DNA of 32,000 nucleotides from Vibrio alginolyticus NBRC 15630 = ATCC 17749 (GTDB lineage Bacteria; Pseudomonadota; Gammaproteobacteria; Enterobacterales; Vibrionaceae): NCBI RefSeq assembly GCF_000354175.2, contig NC_022359.1, positions 90,001 to 122,000 of the forward strand, read 5' to 3'. Shown piece by piece: positions 26,987 to 32,000 of this stretch (position 1 is its first letter; each line of letters starts with the position of its first letter). The notes under the pieces were generated by a model. It saw only the letters and a program-made list of their open reading frames with translations, ran no database searches and was not told where the DNA came from. The position numbers and the translations under genes were made by a program.

Positions 26987-29128
26987 CTAGAATTCGTATT
27001 TTGCAGTCAGCGTGAAGTAGCGCCCTGGCTCAGTTGAGTAACGCTTACTTTCCTCAGCGATACCCGCTACGTCTTGGTATCGGATGTATTCTTTGTCGAA
27101 CAGGTTGATGATGTTTGCGCTAACACGAAGGTCTTTGGAAACGTGGTAAGTTGCGCCAATATCAAACGTATTCCACGCACTTGTCTGCGCGCAATCTGTC
27201 GCTAGGCCAAGCGTGGTCTGGCATTTAGGAACGCGATCCATTGCCGCGGCCCAGTTCCAAGTCACGTAAGCATTGAAGTCTTGGTTGGCGTATTTCAGTT
27301 GAGCGTTACCTTCGAATGGCGTAATGCTTCGAACGTATTCACCTTCCGCGTCTTTGCCATCTACGTAACCAAACTTGGTGCTGATGTTCCATCGCTTAGT
27401 GATCGCGTAACCCGCAGAAAGCTCTGCACCATACGTCTCGACACCATCGAGGTTTTGGTATTGTTTAATGTAATTACCATTGCTTGAGTCAAAGCCCGTG
27501 GTCACAACGTCGATGAAGTTTTCAAACTTGTTGTAGAACAAAGACGCATAGACATACGCACGACCGTTATCGAACTTGTTACCGATTTCAAATGAGTCGG
27601 AAGTTTCAGCCTCTAGATCCATGTTTGGTGCAATGACAAACGGCGTGAGCGGCACAAAGTCGTGGCTTACGAAGCCATACGCTTTATCGTATTCCGGAGC
27701 ACGGTAACCATGGTTATAAGATACATAAGCAATGTTGTTGGCAAATACTTCACGAGAAACCGACAGACTTGGAGATACCTCTGAGCTATCCATATCTTTT
27801 AATGGGAAGCCGCCCACTTCACCCGCACCGTCTGGCGTGAGACGGTGCGCATCAAAGCGTAGGCCACCTGTGATGGTCCATTTATCCAGTTCCACCATGT
27901 CTCGAACATACAAGCCAATGTTATAAGCACGAGCAGGAGCGAAAGGTTGTTTGGTCGAAGGCGTTACCCCGTTCCAATCAATCTTGGAATCGCTATCTGT
28001 GCGCTCGTAATAGTCTGTAGAAAGCTCAACACCGTAAGCCAATTGGTGCTCAGCATTTGCTGCATAAATCGTATTGGTGAAATCGCCACGGAAGCCAATT
28101 GTTTCGTCAATGAAGGTTTTGTGTTCCAGCTCGCGACGCTTGGTGATCAAACCATTGTGATCCACTTGGCGCATTAAACGGTTGGTGTCTTCCACCACTT
28201 CGGTGTGACGCCAGTAAACTTTGGTATCCAACTCTTCGAACCAAGTTGGATTAATCGGAGTCACCTCTGCACCAATATAAGCGCTGTACTCTTCTGTGGT
28301 TTCATCCTCAGCAAAGTCTTCAATATGCCAAATTCCATCAGGTTGAATGGACGGTGAACCCTCCAAACGCTCTTGGTTCTGGGTGTAGAGTTCCGCTTTG
28401 GCTTTCAACATCACCTCTTCATTGAAAAAGTGGTTGATCGTATAAGCACCGCTGTAACCATCGAGGTCGCGGTTATACAAATCTTCATCAAAGTTACGTG
28501 TCTCTTGTCCTTGCCAGTATGAAACGTTAAACAAACTCTCTGTATCACCGGAACGAAAAGCTAGATTACTCGTGCCTTTGTACTTGTTGCTGATATCGGT
28601 GTAAGTACCGGAAACATCGGTGTAGAAGTCTTTGTCTTTTAAGAAATCACCCGGCTGACTGGATTCTAAAATCACCACACCGCCGATCGCGCCAGAGCCA
28701 TGCACCGAAGAACTTGCCCCTTTAATGATTTGCAGCGATTCAAAATTGGATAAATCAAAAGTATCTCTCCCAACTGCATCATTAATGTCATTCGCACCGA
28801 AGCCATCCGCAGAACGAATACCATCACGAACGATCATAATGCGGTTCCCCGTCATACCACGGATGGTAATGTTTTGCGGACGTCCTGCACCGCCCGTCAC
28901 ACTTACACCAGGTTCGTTACGCAGCACGTCATATAGCTCGGTCTCGCCTCTTTCTTCGATTTGCTCGTTTGTGATAACCGCGACACTACCTGCCACTTTT
29001 GACAATGGCTGATCGATTTTATTGGCGGTTACCACCACCTCTTCCATTGAGAAAACCTTAGATTCGGCGTGCACTTGACTGGCAGCAAGTACCGAAAGTA
29101 CTGCCGCTGACACTGGGGTAAGCTTCAT
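26987..29128 (-). CDS. TonB-dependent outer-membrane receptor
   Basis: 713 aa. The signal peptide is followed by the TonB box EEVVVTA, a plug domain (ITIRGM..., IIKGASSSVHGSGAIGG) and a beta-barrel ending ...YFTLTAKYEF. Its ATG directly abuts the upstream stop (TAAATG). Confidence 0.93.
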   Translation of the reverse strand: MKLTPVSAAVLSVLAASQVHAESKVFSMEEVVVTANKIDQPLSKVAGSVAVITNEQIEERGETELYDVLRNEPGVSVTGGAGRPQNITIRGMTGNRIMIVRDGIRSADGFGANDINDAVGRDTFDLSNFESLQIIKGASSSVHGSGAIGGVVILESSQPGDFLKDKDFYTDVSGTYTDISNKYKGTSNLAFRSGDTESLFNVSYWQGQETRNFDEDLYNRDLDGYSGAYTINHFFNEEVMLKAKAELYTQNQERLEGSPSIQPDGIWHIEDFAEDETTEEYSAYIGAEVTPINPTWFEELDTKVYWRHTEVVEDTNRLMRQVDHNGLITKRRELEHKTFIDETIGFRGDFTNTIYAANAEHQLAYGVELSTDYYERTDSDSKIDWNGVTPSTKQPFAPARAYNIGLYVRDMVELDKWTITGGLRFDAHRLTPDGAGEVGGFPLKDMDSSEVSPSLSVSREVFANNIAYVSYNHGYRAPEYDKAYGFVSHDFVPLTPFVIAPNMDLEAETSDSFEIGNKFDNGRAYVYASLFYNKFENFIDVVTTGFDSSNGNYIKQYQNLDGVETYGAELSAGYAITKRWNISTKFGYVDGKDAEGEYVRSITPFEGNAQLKYANQDFNAYVTWNWAAAMDRVPKCQTTLGLATDCAQTSAWNTFDIGATYHVSKDLRVSANIINLFDKEYIRYQDVAGIAEESKRYSTEPGRYFTLTAKYEF

Positions 29129-31126
29129 TTACTGCTCCGCTTTAGATGTTTTAATGAGTGATAGTAGAAATGCGTATTCTTTTGCTTGTTGTTCTTGCGC
29201 TTGTCGTGGGTCCATTTGGTGGCCCGAATTAAAATCAGTTTGCAACAAGTACGGCCCGTTGCGCTCACTTAACGCTGAAACTTTAGCCAGATACTTTGCG
29301 CCTTCCCAATATGGCACGCGCTGATCAATTAAACCGACTTGAACCAACATGGGTGGGTAAGCGTTTTTATGGATATTGAGAATCGGATCGTACGCCTTCA
29401 TTAACGCCAATTGTTCAGGTTTGGTTGGGTTACCCCATTCGCCATACTGCTGTGTGGTAAGCGGAAGTGAGGTATCCGACATACTTGCAACCACATCAAC
29501 AAAAGGCACTTTAAGTACGACACCTGAAAACAATTTAGGATCTTGATTAACCGCTCCGGCCACCAACGTACCACCAGCACTAGAACCGATGGCGAAAACC
29601 TCTCTATTGCCACGTTCGAATGTTTGCAGCGCCTTCGCGGCCGCGACAAAATCACCAATAGAATTGGCTTTTCGCACACCACGGCCTTGCTCGTGCCATT
29701 CATCGCCAAAGTACCCACCGCCACGGACATGGGCGATAGCGTAAATCACACCTTGGTCGAGTAAACTGATAACCTGAGGCATAAAGTACGGTTTCATCGT
29801 AAAACCATACGCGCCGTAACCGTAAATCATCACAGGAGATTGTGGGTGCAATTTGTCTTTGCGATACGCCAAAGAGACCGGGACAGAAACGCCGTCGTGC
29901 TTAATAAAAATACGTTGGGATACATAACGCTGACTATCAAAGTCTTGGTAAGCATCTTGAGAGTACAAGGATTTATTCAGCGTTTTTACATCGAACTCTT
30001 CCCACTGAGGAGGCGTAGTCATCGACATGCTTCGGATACGAATTTTGTTTGATTCAAAATCGCCCAATGTGCTTAGCCAAGCGACATTACCATCGTGTTC
30101 CAATGGCAGTATCACTTTTTCCTGCCCTTGGTAAGAATACACCGTCAATGTCGACAAGTTGTTTGGCTTACTAAGTGCCACAACTCCTGCATCATAAAGG
30201 TAGAACTGTTCAAGCGGCTCACGAGGATTGGTAAAGCGTTGCCATGTTGCGCCAAGCGGTGCGAGTTCGGCTTGGTAAAGGGCGAACTTTCCTTCCAGGT
30301 TGCTTTTAAGATAAATGTAACCTTTCGCCACATCCGCGTAATATTCCACACCCACTTCAGGCTTTCGCAATGAATCTGAGACAGTGCCCGTTTCTAGGTC
30401 GACAAGCTTCTGCTCTGTTGTTGACTCGTTGTTGCTTTGCAGCACAGCATAACGGCTATCTGCCGCACGATAGAAAGAAAGTAACCAATCTGACTTGGGT
30501 TCATTCCATAGGACTGTTTTTGCCAAAGATTCAGTGGAGATACGTAAGATCTGATGAGGTCGCTGGGTGCGCTTTTCTTTTGCAACGAGGAATGCCACTT
30601 TCCCGTTAGGTGACAACAATACGCCACTATCGACGTGCGTCGCCAGTTCCGTAGATTGACCGGAGAGTAAATCAACAACCACAGCACGATATTGTTCGCT
30701 GCCGTCGATATCTTCCGTGAAAAGGAGCGTGTCACCATTCACTTGCCATTGACCAAGTTGGTAGTACTGATGCGCAGATTGTCGTTCATCGAAATCGAAC
30801 ACCACGTTTTCTGGTGCATGTTGACTCGCACGGGATAACAGTAAGTAACGACCATCGCGACGCGTTAGCGTCCACTCTCTTCCACTCACGATCGACCATG
30901 GCTTATCACCTTTGTCTGCCACCATGGTATCCCACTGCGTGAGTAGGTTTTTTGTCAACGTCTGATAACTTTTTTGGTGCTGTTCAGTTTTGTGGTTTTG
31001 TTCTGTTAGGTAGGTAAGAACTCGCTCATCTTTACGAGCATCATCTCGAAGCCAGTTGAAATCATCAGCAGCAAAGCCAGAACTAGAGGTAATTATGAGC
31101 CCTAAAAAAACATGAGTAAATTTCAT
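29129..31126 (-). CDS. ptrB: S9A serine peptidase, an oligopeptidase B (protease II) homologue with an N-terminal signal peptide
   Basis: 665 aa. The N-terminal FNWLRDDARKDERVLTYLTEQN and C-terminal VPFVDVVASMSDTSLPLTTQQYGEWGNP align by eye with E. coli PtrB, recalled from memory. The catalytic triad candidates are GSSAGG (Ser), GLIDQRV (Asp) and NSGHQ (His). Unlike E. coli PtrB it begins MKFTHVFLGLIITSSSGFAADD. Confidence 0.85.
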   Translation of the reverse strand: MKFTHVFLGLIITSSSGFAADDFNWLRDDARKDERVLTYLTEQNHKTEQHQKSYQTLTKNLLTQWDTMVADKGDKPWSIVSGREWTLTRRDGRYLLLSRASQHAPENVVFDFDERQSAHQYYQLGQWQVNGDTLLFTEDIDGSEQYRAVVVDLLSGQSTELATHVDSGVLLSPNGKVAFLVAKEKRTQRPHQILRISTESLAKTVLWNEPKSDWLLSFYRAADSRYAVLQSNNESTTEQKLVDLETGTVSDSLRKPEVGVEYYADVAKGYIYLKSNLEGKFALYQAELAPLGATWQRFTNPREPLEQFYLYDAGVVALSKPNNLSTLTVYSYQGQEKVILPLEHDGNVAWLSTLGDFESNKIRIRSMSMTTPPQWEEFDVKTLNKSLYSQDAYQDFDSQRYVSQRIFIKHDGVSVPVSLAYRKDKLHPQSPVMIYGYGAYGFTMKPYFMPQVISLLDQGVIYAIAHVRGGGYFGDEWHEQGRGVRKANSIGDFVAAAKALQTFERGNREVFAIGSSAGGTLVAGAVNQDPKLFSGVVLKVPFVDVVASMSDTSLPLTTQQYGEWGNPTKPEQLALMKAYDPILNIHKNAYPPMLVQVGLIDQRVPYWEGAKYLAKVSALSERNGPYLLQTDFNSGHQMDPRQAQEQQAKEYAFLLSLIKTSKAEQ

Positions 31127-31183
31127 ATAGAGAGCGAATTCATTTATAGGATTAATACAATGGCGCGTATTCTGCCCTTAAAT

Positions 31184-31214
31184 AAAAATGAGATCAATTA
31201 TCATTTTCATGATC
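31184..31214 (-). promoter_or_regulatory. Overlapping Fur-box-like sequences upstream of the five-gene operon
   Basis: The reverse complement of 31190-31208 is GAAAATGATAATTGATCTC, a hand-counted 14/19 match to GATAATGATAATCATTATC. Neighbouring 19-mers at 31184-31202 and 31196-31214 each match 13/19. The site is centred about 70 nt upstream of ATG 31126 and contains a -10-like GATAAT. Confidence 0.6.
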
Positions 31215-31385
31215 ATGTAAGATTTTTATCTAGTGTGTGAGGAAAAACGTTTGCTTTGACCGAGGTTATAAAACTTAATAACTTCCTAAATTAGCGTTCT
31301 ATGCTGTTTATATACAACCAGACAGATATAAAAGCTGACTAACGAGTGAGTATGGAAAGACGCTATTTCACCTAGCGACAGACAT

Positions 31386-31416
31386 AAAAAATCCGAGTGC
31401 GAACACTCGGATTTTT
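31386..31416 (-). terminator. Rho-independent terminator after the helicase gene
   Basis: atccgagtg (31391-31399), loop cgaa, cactcggat (31404-31412), flanked by an A-run and a T-run. On the minus strand TTTTTT follows the hairpin. It lies 35 nt after the stop at 31451. Confidence 0.85.
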
Positions 31417-31450
31417 AAGAACTAAAATCAATGGGAAACTACAGCAGCTT

Positions 31451-32000
31451 TTACTCTTCAGAGCTCGGTGCCGCTGGTTTTTTCTTAGGGATGAAGACAT
31501 CATCACCCACAGATACGTTTTTGTAGAAGCTCTTGTCACGCTTAGCTGGTTTTTTCGCCGATTTTTTCGCTTGAGGGCGAGCTTTCTTTGCGGTCGCTTT
31601 CTTATTGCGGAAATCTGGTTTAGGTGGCTTAAGGCCTTTAAACTTACCTTTCAAATCTTCGAACAATGAAAACTCAAGATCTTGTTGTAGGTATGCTTCT
31701 ACACGTTTAAAGCTATCCCAGTCTTTTGGACCAACAAGAGAGATTGCATCCCCTTTGTTTCCAGCACGACCAGTACGACCAACTCGGTGTACGTATTCTT
31801 CGGTATGCTTTGGCATATCGAAGTTGATGACGTGTGTCACAGTTGCAATATCCAAACCGCGGGAAGCAACATCAGTCGTTACAAGGATCTTAAATACTGC
31901 GCGCTCAAACTGACTCATAATGGTGTTACGTTGAGTCTGGTTCAAGTTACCACTTAGTGCTACAGCCTTCAGTTTCTTTTCGTTCAGCTTTTCTGTTAGT
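31451..32000 (-). CDS. DEAD-box ATP-dependent RNA helicase, C-terminal part; the gene continues past the right edge
   Basis: Helicase motifs V and VI are present (ILVTTDVASRGLDI, HRVGRTGRAG), followed by a lysine-rich basic tail. The frame stays open upstream of the track's internal Met to base 32000 (...KLKAVALSGNLNQTQRNTIMSQF...). Confidence 0.9.
   Translation of the reverse strand, partial: LTEKLNEKKLKAVALSGNLNQTQRNTIMSQFERAVFKILVTTDVASRGLDIATVTHVINFDMPKHTEEYVHRVGRTGRAGNKGDAISLVGPKDWDSFKRVEAYLQQDLEFSLFEDLKGKFKGLKPPKPDFRNKKATAKKARPQAKKSAKKPAKRDKSFYKNVSVGDDVFIPKKKPAAPSSEE

Noticed and set aside
31397-31913. Plus-strand ORFs (31397..31669 and 31605..31913) antisense to the helicase gene.
   Set aside because: They are Arg/Phe/Leu-rich antisense readings of the lysine-rich helicase tail and of motif VI. 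They have no independent support.

Overview
This window looks like a Vibrionaceae segment resembling Vibrio chromosome II. That assignment is inferred from gene content and synteny recalled from memory, not from a search. It holds about 25 protein-coding genes. I found no rRNA, tRNA, CRISPR array, transposase or integrase.

Layout from left to right:
1. 1-4.8 kb, minus strand: a biofilm-matrix-type module. It has two VpsT/CpsQ-like LuxR regulators, a small RTX calcium-binding protein, a type I secretion (T1SS) ABC exporter and the 5' part of a HlyD adaptor. The architecture matches cabABC/mfpABC.
2. 5.0-7.2 kb, minus strand: a small acidic ORF and a dCache methyl-accepting chemotaxis protein (MCP).
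3. 7.5-14.5 kb, plus strand: a tightly coupled Bat-like operon (MoxR, DUF58, DUF4381, VWA, VWA/TPR, BatD). Its fifth gene carries a perfect (CAGCAA)x51 array encoding 103 consecutive glutamines. Its conserved-looking 3' tail sits in another reading frame.
4. 14.6-16.7 kb, minus strand: a GAF-GAF-GGDEF diguanylate cyclase.
5. 17.1-20.6 kb, minus strand: pstSCAB without phoU, divergent from a second MCP.
6. 22.7-31.1 kb, minus strand: a five-gene operon fronted by Fur-box-like sequence. It encodes a signal-peptide-bearing oligopeptidase B homologue, a TonB-dependent receptor, a HEXXH metalloprotease with a P-domain and GlyGly-CTERM tail, and two DUF1566 proteins. This is my best candidate for an uncharacterised system.
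7. 31.45-32.0 kb, minus strand: the 3' part of a DEAD-box helicase gene.

Both apparent frameshifts fall in A-rich homopolymer sequence, so sequencing error must be excluded before any biological reading. All calls rest on reading the translations and the DNA by eye. No database search was possible.
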